The translations under genes were made by a program, and so were the position numbers. From positions 1-57,259 of the forward strand of contig CAYUUP010000001.1 in the NCBI GenBank assembly GCA_964447925.1: a stretch of 57,259 bases of DNA, given 5' to 3'. Numbering within the stretch: the first letter of the stretch is position 1; every line of letters starts with the position of its first letter. This DNA is from an uncultured Oscillospiraceae bacterium. Lineage in GTDB: Bacteria; Bacillota; Clostridia; Oscillospirales; Oscillospiraceae. Positions 36,849 to 45,943 of this stretch are shown here, piece by piece. The notes beneath the pieces are model-generated. The model ran no database searches and had not been told where the DNA came from. It was given only the letters and a program-made list of their open reading frames with translations.

Positions 36849-38507
36849 ATGCTCATCCCCTGCAAGAATCCAGCCTTTCAGGAAGCTCTTGAGTCTCAGT
36901 TCACCTATATCAATGGCTTTATGAGGAATGTTGTCCGATATGCCAACCGTCCCGCCCTCTCTGATCCTGCTGGCGGTCAGAGATGGACCTATCGGGAATT
37001 GAATGCCGATGTTAACCGCATGGCTCACGCTCTGCAGGGTGATACTGTGAAAAAGGAGGATGTGGTGATGTACCTCCTGCGGAATAGCTGGGAGTTCGTG
37101 TTGTGCTATCTGGCCCCTCAAAAGTTGGGTGCCATCGATTGTCCCATCAACTACCATCAAGCTGGAGGCGAAATCGCACTGAATTTGGAGGACAGCACCC
37201 CTGCAGTTTTTATCTATGACTCCTATTTCAAGGACAATGTAGAGCTGGCCCTCTCTATGGCGGCGGCAAAGCCTCGCCGGGTGGTGATGGTGAATACCAC
37301 CAATGAGAAATGCGCCCCCGATGGACAAATTTTCTTTGAGGACTATATTTCTGGGCAATCGGAGACAGAACCGGAAATTCCGGAAACGCTGGGGATGTAC
37401 GATGAGAGTACCCGGCTGTATACCTCTGGCACCACTAACCGTCCTAAGGGCGTTCCGCTGTACTCCATCAACGAAGTACTCTCTGCACACGACGTAATCA
37501 TGCACTTTCCTCTCTCCCCTATTGACCGCACCATGAATATGACCCCCTGGTTTCACAGGGGCGGTCTCCACTCCGGTGGTCCCTGCCCCACCCTGTATGT
37601 TGGGGGTGAGGTGGTGATCCTTCGGGATTTCAGCCCCAACCGTTGCCTGGAATACGCCCAGCAATACCAAGTCAGCTTCCTGATCGGCGTACCTGCCGTA
37701 CTCAATCTGCTCTCCCGCGCCCAGGATAGGATAAAGGCTGACCTCTCTGCACTGAAGGGCATCATCACCATGGGCAGTCCCCTGGACAAGGCCGCCTGTA
37801 TCCACTTTCAGCAGACTTTAACGCCTAATATCTTTAACGGCTATGGCACCACAGAAACCTTTTGGAACACCTTTCTCCGACCCTATGACCTGCCGGAGAT
37901 GGCGGGGACTGCCGGACACTCTTGCACGGATGATGACGTGCGCATTGTCAAGGTCTACCCCCACCGCCACGGCGAACCGAACGAACTGGTGGCTCAGAAT
38001 GGTCAGGAAACCGGTGAGCTTATTTTGGGTTCCCCCGCCAAGACGGGCTATCTCTATCACAACAATTCTGAATTGACAAAGGGAAAGTTCTATAAAGGAT
38101 TTCTCTACACCGGTGACCTGGGTACCTGGGACGAAAACTGCTTTGTCACCATTGTGGGCCGCAAGGATGACATGATCGTCTCTGCGGGAGAGAACATCTA
38201 TCCCGCTCAAATTGAAGGGATTCTCAATGAACACCCCAAGGTCATGGAAAGTTGTGTGGTAGGCGTCCCTGACTCTCTGCGGGAACAGGTTGTGGCCGCC
38301 TATATTCTGCCCTCGGATGACAGCCTGACAGTGCAGGAGCTGATTGATTTTGCCACCGGTCACCCTATGCTGTCAGAATACAAGCGCCCACGGTTCTACT
38401 GCATCTCCAAGGAACTCCCCCACACCGCCACTGGAAAACTCCAGCACTTCGCTGTCCGAGCCATGGCTGCGGAGGATCTGAAGCAAGGCAGGCTGAAGCG
38501 GAGGTAA
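36849..38507 (+). CDS. AMP-dependent synthetase/ligase (acyl/aryl-CoA or acyl-carrier ligase, ANL superfamily)
   Basis: AMP-binding motif LYTSGTTNRPKGV, GYGTTE, YTGDLG, and the hinge and C-terminal Lys context ..TATGKLQ.. RBS aaaggag. Confidence 0.88.
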   Translation: MLIPCKNPAFQEALESQFTYINGFMRNVVRYANRPALSDPAGGQRWTYRELNADVNRMAHALQGDTVKKEDVVMYLLRNSWEFVLCYLAPQKLGAIDCPINYHQAGGEIALNLEDSTPAVFIYDSYFKDNVELALSMAAAKPRRVVMVNTTNEKCAPDGQIFFEDYISGQSETEPEIPETLGMYDESTRLYTSGTTNRPKGVPLYSINEVLSAHDVIMHFPLSPIDRTMNMTPWFHRGGLHSGGPCPTLYVGGEVVILRDFSPNRCLEYAQQYQVSFLIGVPAVLNLLSRAQDRIKADLSALKGIITMGSPLDKAACIHFQQTLTPNIFNGYGTTETFWNTFLRPYDLPEMAGTAGHSCTDDDVRIVKVYPHRHGEPNELVAQNGQETGELILGSPAKTGYLYHNNSELTKGKFYKGFLYTGDLGTWDENCFVTIVGRKDDMIVSAGENIYPAQIEGILNEHPKVMESCVVGVPDSLREQVVAAYILPSDDSLTVQELIDFATGHPMLSEYKRPRFYCISKELPHTATGKLQHFAVRAMAAEDLKQGRLKRR

Positions 38508-38510
38508 GTC

Positions 38511-38960
38511 ATGAGGTACATGCCTGATTTTGCTCCCTTTATCCGCTGCGTAAACTATTACGAGACGGATAAAATGGCTATCGTTCATCATTCTAACTAT
38601 ATCCGTTATTTTGAAGAAGCCCGCATCGACCTAATGCGTCGGAATGGGCTGGATTATGCCGAGCTGGAGCATACCGGCATCAGCATTCCAGTGACAGATG
38701 TGAGCTGCAAATATATTGCCTCTGCCCGGTTTGACAGTGTGCTTCACATCCACGCCCGACTGATTCAGTTTACCGGTGTGCGCTTTGCTCTGGCATATCA
38801 AATCCGTTTCCCGGACGGGACTCTCTGCGCCACCGGTGAGAGCCATCACTGCTTCCTGGATATGAACACCAACCGGCCCGTCTCTCTGAAGCGCCGTTTC
38901 CCGGAAGTCTACCAGCAATTCCAGTTGCTGCTGAAGGCGTCTGAGCAGCAGCCGCTATAA
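38511..38960 (+). CDS. Hotdog-fold acyl-CoA thioesterase (4HBT / YbgC-like)
   Basis: 149 aa. The N-terminal VNYYETDKMAIVHHSNYIRYFEEAR matches the 4HBT-type catalytic Asp region. It starts 3 nt after the ligase stop. Confidence 0.8.
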   Translation: MRYMPDFAPFIRCVNYYETDKMAIVHHSNYIRYFEEARIDLMRRNGLDYAELEHTGISIPVTDVSCKYIASARFDSVLHIHARLIQFTGVRFALAYQIRFPDGTLCATGESHHCFLDMNTNRPVSLKRRFPEVYQQFQLLLKASEQQPL

Positions 38961-38967
38961 TAGAAAA

Positions 38968-39004
38968 GACAACTCCCCCAGCTAGCACTGCCGGGGGAGT
39001 TGTC
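38968..39004. terminator. Hairpin terminator between the convergent thioesterase and NYN genes
   Basis: Perfect 12-bp stem gacaactccccc (38968-38979) / gggggagttgtc (38993-39004) with a 13-nt loop, followed by taatttctg. Confidence 0.7.
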
Positions 39005-39013
39005 TAATTTCTG

Positions 39014-39757
39014 TTATTTACAGCAGTACATCATCCCTTTTGTCTCGGTCTGATCTCTAATTCTGTACCGCTCCGGAAATGCTTTGATCAGCGAGGAGAG
39101 CTTCTCATAGCCATAGGTTCGGGGATCATAATCCGACTTGGCCCGTTTGATGAAGTTTCCTGCCGCTGCAACATAGGCATAGCCATTGTCATCCTGATAG
39201 GTCGCGCAGGCTACCTTCAGCAGGTTGTGTATCTCATCGATGTCATTCCCCGTTCCCTTGACCGGCACTGCCCCCTCTGCCGGAGGGATCTCTCCGGCAC
39301 GGAGAGCTGGGATTGGCTCCTTCACGCCCAGGTTTTCCAGCAGGATAAATTCATCGCAGCTTTTCCGGAATGGTTCAGGTGTCTTACTTTCCCCCACGCC
39401 AATGACGTACACGCCGGATTCATGGAGACTGATGGCAAGCGGAGTGAAGTCACTGTCGCTGGTGACAATAACGAAAGCATCATAGATATTGGCGTGCAGC
39501 AGATTGATGGCGTCAATCACCAGAGCCATATCTGTGGCATTCTTCCCTGATACATAATCAAACTGCTGCTCTGCGCGAAAGGCCAAGCGCTTCAGCTCGT
39601 TTTCCCAGTTTTTCAAATTTTCCTTCTTCCAATTTCCATAGGCCCGCTTTACCACGATGCGCCCATAGGTGGAGATCTCTTGGATCACATCCTCCAGTTT
39701 AGAGAGCTGGGTGTTGTCCGCATCAATGAGCAGGGCAATTTTCTGCAGATTTTCCAT
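39014..39757 (-). CDS. NYN (LabA-like) nuclease-fold domain protein with a C-terminal OST-HTH/LOTUS domain
   Basis: N-terminal IALLIDADN..AYGNW..NATDMALVIDA..VIVTSDSDF (NYN/LabA acidic residues). The C-terminal roughly 70 aa (..YAYVAAAGNFIKRAKSDYDPRTYGYEKLSSLI..) are OST-HTH-like. Confidence 0.8.
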   Translation of the reverse strand: MENLQKIALLIDADNTQLSKLEDVIQEISTYGRIVVKRAYGNWKKENLKNWENELKRLAFRAEQQFDYVSGKNATDMALVIDAINLLHANIYDAFVIVTSDSDFTPLAISLHESGVYVIGVGESKTPEPFRKSCDEFILLENLGVKEPIPALRAGEIPPAEGAVPVKGTGNDIDEIHNLLKVACATYQDDNGYAYVAAAGNFIKRAKSDYDPRTYGYEKLSSLIKAFPERYRIRDQTETKGMMYCCK

Positions 39758-39788
39758 AGCACACTTCCTTCCTGTGAAATTTCACATA

Positions 39789-41627
39789 TTATTCTACTGT
39801 CACAGACTTTGCAAGATTTCGTGGCTTGTCGATATCGCAGCCTCGCATCAGGGCCACATAATAGGCAAAAAGCTGGAGTGGCAACACCTCCAGGGAGGGC
39901 AGCAGCATGGGATGGGTATCGGGAACTGTGAACAGGGCGTCTACCGTCTTTGACAGCGCCTCTCTGTGGCTGTCGGTAGTCAGGGCCAGTACATCCGCAC
40001 CCCTGGCCTTTACCTCCACGATATTGCTCACTGACTTGTCAAAGAGGTCACCGCCCCCAGCCAGGGAAACCACCAGCGTTCCCTCAATGATAAGGGAGAT
40101 GGTGCCATGCTTCAGTTCCCCGGCGGCATAGGCCTCCGAATGGATATAGGAGATCTCCTTCAGCTTCAGCGAACCCTCCAGCCCCACGGCATAATCAATA
40201 TTCCTGCCGATGAAGAAGATGGATTCATGGTTAAAGTAACGGGAGGCATAATATTGGATGTCATTCACGCGCGAGAGTACCTGTTCCATCTTCTCCGGAA
40301 TACGCTGCAATTCCTCCACGATAGCATTATATCGCTCCGAGGGGAGCTTTCCAATGATATCGGCAAAGTACAGCCCCAGTAGGTAGAGTACTGCCAGTTG
40401 GGTGGAATATGCCTTGGTAGTGGCAACAGCAATCTCCGGCCCAGCCCAGGTATATAGCACATCGTCCGCCTCTTTTGCAATGGAGCTGCCCACCACATTC
40501 ACCACCGCCAGCGTCCTGGCACCTCGGTGCTTGGCCTCCCGCAGAGCGGCCATGGTATCCAGAGTCTCTCCCGACTGGCTGATGGCTACCACCAGGGTAT
40601 GTTCATCCAAGATGGGGTCGCAATAGCGGAATTCCGAGGCCAACGTCACCTCCACCGGCCGCCGCAGCAGCTTTTCCAGGAAGTACTTCCCCACCATGCC
40701 CACATGATAGGAGGATCCGCAGGCTATGACGCTGATTTTGGAGAGTTCACGGATAAAGTCCTCCGTCAGAGTCAAGCTATCCAGCACTACCCTTCCTGCG
40801 CGGATGCGGGGCAGCACCGCCCTGCGGAAGGCCTCCGGCTGTTCCATGATCTCCTTAAGCATGAAGTGTTCATAGCCGCCCTTTTCCGCCGCAGAGATCT
40901 CCCAGTCTATGGTGGCGTGTTCTTTATCCACGGGTTCCAGCAGGGCGTTGTAGACCTGAATGCCATCGGCGGTCAGCACTGCCAGCTCATTGTCCTCCAT
41001 ATAGACCACATCTCTGGTGTACTTGATCATCGCCGTGACATCGGAGGCCAGAAAACTGGCGTCCTCCCCAAAACCCAGCACCAGCGGCGTGTCCTTCCGT
41101 GCGGCAAAGAGCCGATCCGGATAGTCAGAGCAAATGATGCCCAGGGCATAGGAACCCTCAATGCGGTGGAGTACCTTGACAATGGCGTCCAGCATATCGC
41201 CGACCTTATTATAGTAATACTCCAGTAACTGGGCCACCACCTCGGAGTCCGTCTCTGATACAAAGCGAATTCCCTTGCCCTGTAAATACTCCCGAATGGC
41301 GATATAGTTTTCGATGATACCATTGTGTACCACCGCGATTCTGCCGGACTGGCTAACATGGGGATGGGAGTTCACATCAGAAGGCTGGCCATGGGTAGCC
41401 CACCGGGTGTGTCCAATCCCCAGGGAGCCGTGGATATCCACCCCGCCATGAACCAGATCAGACAGTGCCTTCAGCCGCCCCCTGGTTTTGGCCACCGTCA
41501 TACCCTTTCCAGGAGTATAGACAGCCATCCCCGCAGAGTCATAACCCCGATATTCCAGCCTCGCAAGCCCATCCAATAAAATTGGAGCGGCCTCCTCCCG
41601 GCCCGCAAAGCCTACAATCCCGCACAT
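39789..41627 (-). CDS. glmS: Glutamine--fructose-6-phosphate aminotransferase (isomerizing)
   Basis: MCGIVGFAG.. N-terminus (Ntn Cys), two SIS domains, and C-terminal ..DKPRNLAKSVTVE. Confidence 0.96.
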   Translation of the reverse strand: MCGIVGFAGREEAAPILLDGLARLEYRGYDSAGMAVYTPGKGMTVAKTRGRLKALSDLVHGGVDIHGSLGIGHTRWATHGQPSDVNSHPHVSQSGRIAVVHNGIIENYIAIREYLQGKGIRFVSETDSEVVAQLLEYYYNKVGDMLDAIVKVLHRIEGSYALGIICSDYPDRLFAARKDTPLVLGFGEDASFLASDVTAMIKYTRDVVYMEDNELAVLTADGIQVYNALLEPVDKEHATIDWEISAAEKGGYEHFMLKEIMEQPEAFRRAVLPRIRAGRVVLDSLTLTEDFIRELSKISVIACGSSYHVGMVGKYFLEKLLRRPVEVTLASEFRYCDPILDEHTLVVAISQSGETLDTMAALREAKHRGARTLAVVNVVGSSIAKEADDVLYTWAGPEIAVATTKAYSTQLAVLYLLGLYFADIIGKLPSERYNAIVEELQRIPEKMEQVLSRVNDIQYYASRYFNHESIFFIGRNIDYAVGLEGSLKLKEISYIHSEAYAAGELKHGTISLIIEGTLVVSLAGGGDLFDKSVSNIVEVKARGADVLALTTDSHREALSKTVDALFTVPDTHPMLLPSLEVLPLQLFAYYVALMRGCDIDKPRNLAKSVTVE

Positions 41628-41699
41628 TAGGCTTTCCTCCCTTCAAACGGACGACAGGATATCTTATCCTGCCGCCACTGATTTTTCCATCTATGATTC

Positions 41700-42332
41700 T
41701 TACTTTGTCCCAAATATTCTATCTCCCGCATCCCCTAGACCGGGGGCGATATAGCCGCTGACATCCAGCCGCTCATCCACCGATACGCAGTAGATGGGTA
41801 CATCCGGATGTGCCTTGCAGATCTGTTTCAGTCCCGGTTCTGTTGCAATGAGGGCCATCAGCCGCACACTGCGGCAACCAAAGCCCTTCATAAATTGGAG
41901 AGCGGCCGAGGTACTGCCTCCTGTGGCGATCATCGGATCCAGCAATATCACATCCCGCTGGTCGATATCCTCTGGCAGCTTGCAGTAATACTCCACCGGA
42001 TCCATGGTCTTCTGATCCCGATAAAGGCCGATATGCCCCACCTTTGCGGTGGGCAGCAGGGCAAGAATCCCGTCCACCATGCCCAGCCCGGTACGAAGTA
42101 CAGGTACCACTGCCAGATTTTTCCCGGAGATAATACGGCCTTTGGTGGATTCCAAAGGCGTTTGTATCTCCGCCTCCTCGGTGGGCAGATCGCGGCAAAC
42201 CTCATAACACATGAGGACGGCGATCTCAGACACCACCTGCCGGAATTGTCGGGTATTGGTATTTTTATCCCGGAGAATTGTCAGCTTGTGCTGAATCAGG
42301 GGATGTTTCAAAATATGAACCTGCTCCGTCAT
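41700..42332 (-). CDS. upp: Uracil phosphoribosyltransferase
   Basis: 210 aa with ..[14 protein letters not shown].. and the PRPP loop [13 protein letters not shown]-terminal ..[11 protein letters not shown]. Confidence 0.95.
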   Translation of the reverse strand: MTEQVHILKHPLIQHKLTILRDKNTNTRQFRQVVSEIAVLMCYEVCRDLPTEEAEIQTPLESTKGRIISGKNLAVVPVLRTGLGMVDGILALLPTAKVGHIGLYRDQKTMDPVEYYCKLPEDIDQRDVILLDPMIATGGSTSAALQFMKGFGCRSVRLMALIATEPGLKQICKAHPDVPIYCVSVDERLDVSGYIAPGLGDAGDRIFGTK

Positions 42333-42344
42333 ATAAAGTCCTCC

Positions 42345-43058
42345 TTATTTCATGTCAGCACTTTCTCTCGCCAATCTCTCCCGCTCTGCCTGTGAGAGCC
42401 GCAGATAGCTGGCTTCTAAGCCTTGGGCATCAGTCAGTTCTCCCCGATTGGCCTGCTCCAGAGCGGCTCGAGCCACTCCCCAGGCCAGCTGTTGACGGAG
42501 GTGTGGCGGGGCCAGCCGGACGGGGACGCCCGTCTTCTCCGCTTCATTATAGCATAAGATTGCCCCATCGCCAACAATAATTTTGTCAGAGATTCCCGTT
42601 TCTGCCAGTTCTTTCACCGCCTGAGCAGCGGAGACAGGCCGGTCAGCCTTCAGCCGCAGGAGCTTTTCCCCATTGGAGCGGAACAGCCCCCAGTATAGCT
42701 GGGAACGGCGGGCATCCATGGCACAGGCAATGACGCCCTTGACATGGGCCAAGTTCCAGGCCATGGCCTCCAGGGTAGACACTCCGGCGCAGGGTTTTTC
42801 CAGTCCCCAAGCCAGGCCCTTTACGGTGGAAATGCCAATGCGCAGCCCGGTGAAAGAGCCAGGCCCGCAGGCCACTGCCAGCAGTTCCACCTTATCCAGC
42901 GGCATGCCGGAATTATGCAGCAGGCTGTCCACCATAGGCAACAGGGTGCTGCTATGGGTCAGTCCACTGTTCTGAAAGGCTAACGCCAGGGGTGTCTCGT
43001 CCTGGCACAGTGCCACGGAGGCTGCCTTTGCAGAGGACTCCAACGCTAAAATTATCAT
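42345..43058 (-). CDS. tsaB: tRNA t6A37 biosynthesis protein TsaB
   Basis: MIILALESSAKAASVAL.. and ..GPGSFTGLRIG.. are typical of TsaB/YeaZ. Its start overlaps the tsaE stop (ATGA). Confidence 0.85.
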   Translation of the reverse strand: MIILALESSAKAASVALCQDETPLALAFQNSGLTHSSTLLPMVDSLLHNSGMPLDKVELLAVACGPGSFTGLRIGISTVKGLAWGLEKPCAGVSTLEAMAWNLAHVKGVIACAMDARRSQLYWGLFRSNGEKLLRLKADRPVSAAQAVKELAETGISDKIIVGDGAILCYNEAEKTGVPVRLAPPHLRQQLAWGVARAALEQANRGELTDAQGLEASYLRLSQAERERLARESADMK

Positions 43059-43495
43059 GGATTCGAATTCACCTCAGTTATCACAATGTAGCGGCTGTGT
43101 TCTGTTTTGCCCGGATGCAGTTCCACCCTGAGGACAGTCAGCCCTTCCAGGGCATCCAGCCCCCGCTCACTCCATTCCACCGCGCAGATGCCGCCCCGCT
43201 CCAGATAGTCCTCCCAGCCAATATCAAAAAGATCTTCAGGGTCGGAAAGACGATAAAGATCAAAGTGGAACAGGGGCAGGCGTCCCCCTGGATACTCATT
43301 GACAATGGTATAGGTGGGAGATGTCACCCTGCAGTCTATGCCCAGTCCCCGGGCCAGTCCCCGGATAAAGGCGGTCTTTCCCATACCCAGCCCGCCGAGA
43401 AAAGCGATCACTGTCCCTGGGTTAAGTCCTTTTGCCAGCGCCGCCCCCAGTGCCTCTGTCTCCTCCGGGGAATTGGTGATATATTCCAATGCCAA
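43055..43495 (-). CDS. tsaE: tRNA t6A37 biosynthesis ATPase TsaE
   Basis: 146 aa with P-loop GGLGMGKTAFIRG and ..SPTYTIVNEY..HFDLYRL.., typical of YjeE/TsaE. Confidence 0.88.
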   Translation of the reverse strand: MALEYITNSPEETEALGAALAKGLNPGTVIAFLGGLGMGKTAFIRGLARGLGIDCRVTSPTYTIVNEYPGGRLPLFHFDLYRLSDPEDLFDIGWEDYLERGGICAVEWSERGLDALEGLTVLRVELHPGKTEHSRYIVITEVNSNP

Positions 43496-43543
43496 TGCAC
43501 CTCTTTATTTGCAAGCTGCGCTTTCAATGTCAGGAAAGCACCT

Positions 43544-44740
43544 TTACACATTTTCCAGCACCATTTTCCGATGCTGCTCCATATCAAAACCGATATATTT
43601 ATCCAGTAAGTCCAGCGGAACCCGGCTGTCTGCGGCCTCCCCAACCTTGCAAAAACCGTTACGCCGGTAAAACCGCTGGGCTGTGTAATTGTCCGGGGCG
43701 CACCGCAGCCGCAGCCACTCCCGCCCCAGCGGGCGATAAACAGAAACGGCCTGCCCCAACAGCTGAATGCCCAGGCCTTGCCGACGGTACTCCGACCGGA
43801 GATAGAAAAAGGGGATGCCGCCGATTTTTTTGTCAGCGTCCCGGCGGATATCCAGCTGGAGCAGTCCGGCAATATCGTCTCCGCACATGACCACCCATAC
43901 GGAACGGGGATCGAACGCAGCCTGTTCAACGGCTGCTCGTAGGAATTCCTCCCCTTCAAAATACAGCAGACTTCCGTGAATATCTACCCAGGCGTCCTTG
44001 CGAAAGCCATAATATAACGCTGCCTCTGCATCCGGATCCCAGGGGCGGTACCATAGATTGGCATCCGGCACGGTCACACTGCCGTTTTCCTGGTCACGCC
44101 ACCAATTCTGACGAGCAAAGGTGGATATTTCCTCAGTCAGGTGAGAGCTGTCACCGAGAAAGAGGATTTCTCCCCGGCCATTCTCCACCTGAATACAGGA
44201 GACAGCAGTGTTCTCGCAGTGGGGTATCCGCTTCATCTCACTGATATCATAGCCATAGAAGCCGGAGATCACCGCCCGGATGACCATACCATGGGAGACA
44301 ACAGCAATGCTCTCCTCCGGATGCTGGGCCGCCAATTCCAAAATTGCATCGGTTGCCCGGGCTTGCACCTGGAGAAATCGCTCCCCGCCTTCTACTTGCC
44401 AACGGGGATCTGCCTGGTTAAAGAGCTGCATCTGCTCTGCATCCCTGCGAGCCATAGCCGCCCATGTCTCGTCCTCCCAGACACCCATATTCACCTCCCG
44501 CAAACGGGGGTCAGTATTCAAGGGAAGCTGCCAGGCGCGGCACACCGCTCCGGCAGTGGCCCGGGTGCGGAAGAGATCACTGGAATAGACGGCCGTCACG
44601 GGGATATCCCGAAACCGTTCCTCCAATGCTTTGATCTGCCGCCAGCCGTTAGGGGTAATCAGACTGTCATATTGTCCATGGATGCGGCGGTAGACGTTGC
44701 CCTCCGCCTCCGCATGCCGTATCAGATAAACGCGGGTCAT
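43544..44740 (-). CDS. Fusion protein: histidine phosphatase (PGM/cobC-like) N-domain plus GNAT acetyltransferase C-domain
   Basis: N-terminal VYLIRHAEAEGN (RHG-type motif) and ..VSHGMVIR.. The C-terminal domain carries ..YRRQGLGIQLLGQA..RFYRRNGF (GNAT A/B motifs). Confidence 0.8.
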   Translation of the reverse strand: MTRVYLIRHAEAEGNVYRRIHGQYDSLITPNGWRQIKALEERFRDIPVTAVYSSDLFRTRATAGAVCRAWQLPLNTDPRLREVNMGVWEDETWAAMARRDAEQMQLFNQADPRWQVEGGERFLQVQARATDAILELAAQHPEESIAVVSHGMVIRAVISGFYGYDISEMKRIPHCENTAVSCIQVENGRGEILFLGDSSHLTEEISTFARQNWWRDQENGSVTVPDANLWYRPWDPDAEAALYYGFRKDAWVDIHGSLLYFEGEEFLRAAVEQAAFDPRSVWVVMCGDDIAGLLQLDIRRDADKKIGGIPFFYLRSEYRRQGLGIQLLGQAVSVYRPLGREWLRLRCAPDNYTAQRFYRRNGFCKVGEAADSRVPLDLLDKYIGFDMEQHRKMVLENV

Positions 44741-44810
44741 AAATAAGTCACACTTCTCTTTGTCATAGGATGATTTGCCTGTACCTGATGCGCTGAAGGC
44801 GGATGCATCT

Positions 44811-45929
44811 TCAGCCCAGCTCCTGTCGGCACAGTGCTAACGCGGAGGCAATGACAGCATCCATGTCATAGTACTTATACTCGCCCAGCCGTCCGCCGAA
44901 AATGACATTCCTCTCCCCTGTGGCCAGCTGCCGGTATTGTTTATAGAGAGCGCCATTTTTCTCATCATTAACAGGGTAATATGGTTCGTCCCCCGGTTTC
45001 CACTCGGAGGAATACTCCCTGGAAATCACAGTCTTTGGCAGGTCGTTGCCGCGCCTATCCTTTCCAAATTCAAACCACTTATGCTCAATAATGCGGGTCC
45101 AGGGCGTCTCCCGATCGGTGTAATTGACAGCGGCATTTCCCTGGAAGTTTGGGATATCCAGCACCTCTGTCTCAAAGCGGACAGAGCGGTATTCCAGTGT
45201 CCCCAGTCGAAAGCCAAAGTAGGCGTCAATAGCACCGGTATAGATAACTTTATCTGCCAGTGCATCATACTCCGCTTTTCTCGTCAGATAGTCCTCATTC
45301 AGCCATACTTCAATACCATCCAGCATATTCTGTACCATGCCAGTATAACCGCCTATGGGAATACCCTGGAATAGCGCGTTGAAATAGTTGTTGTCAAAGG
45401 TCAGCCGGACAGGCAGCCGTTTGATAATGAAAGCGGGCAGCTCCTTGCAGTCCCGGCCCCACTGCTTTTCTGTATAGCCTTTCACCAGCTTTTCAAAGAT
45501 ATCCCGGCCAACCAGAGAGATGGCCTGCTCCTCCAGATTCTGCGGCTCACCGATGATTTCAGCCCGCTGTTCATTGATCTTGGCCTCTGCCTCCTCCGGC
45601 GTCACCACACCCCACATCTGATTGAATGTGTACATATTAAAGGGCATGGAGTACAATTCGCCATGGAAGTTTGCCACAGGCGAGTTTGTAAAGCGGTTGA
45701 ACTCAGCAAAGCGGTTCACATAGTCCCAGACCTGGCGGTTATTGGTGTGGAAGATATGGGCGCCGTACTCGTGTACCTGAATGCCCTCAACCTCACGGGT
45801 ATAGACATTGCCCGCGATCTGGGGCCGCTTGTCGATGACCAGCACCCTTTTGCCTCGATTTTTGGCTTCTTGGGCAAAGACGGCCCCGAAAAGGCCGGCG
45901 CCCACTATCAAATAGTCATATTGACGCAT
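44811..45929 (-). CDS. glf: UDP-galactopyranose mutase
   Basis: FAD fold YDYLIVGAGLFGAVFA and ..GRLGEYKYYDMD.. near the C-terminus. The length of 372 aa is typical. Confidence 0.92.
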   Translation of the reverse strand: MRQYDYLIVGAGLFGAVFAQEAKNRGKRVLVIDKRPQIAGNVYTREVEGIQVHEYGAHIFHTNNRQVWDYVNRFAEFNRFTNSPVANFHGELYSMPFNMYTFNQMWGVVTPEEAEAKINEQRAEIIGEPQNLEEQAISLVGRDIFEKLVKGYTEKQWGRDCKELPAFIIKRLPVRLTFDNNYFNALFQGIPIGGYTGMVQNMLDGIEVWLNEDYLTRKAEYDALADKVIYTGAIDAYFGFRLGTLEYRSVRFETEVLDIPNFQGNAAVNYTDRETPWTRIIEHKWFEFGKDRRGNDLPKTVISREYSSEWKPGDEPYYPVNDEKNGALYKQYRQLATGERNVIFGGRLGEYKYYDMDAVIASALALCRQELG

Positions 45930-45943
45930 ACTTTATACTCCCT

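Noticed and set aside
35509-37805. Minus-strand ORFs of 268 and 333 aa opposite the KAS and AMP-ligase genes
   Set aside because: These are shadow ORFs in G+C-rich coding DNA. The sense-strand proteins carry complete catalytic motifs.
44792-44815. 7-bp hairpin gctgaag/cttcagc overlapping the glf stop codon
   Set aside because: It has no U-tract on either strand, and the downstream gene follows after 70 nt in the same orientation. It is probably not a terminator.
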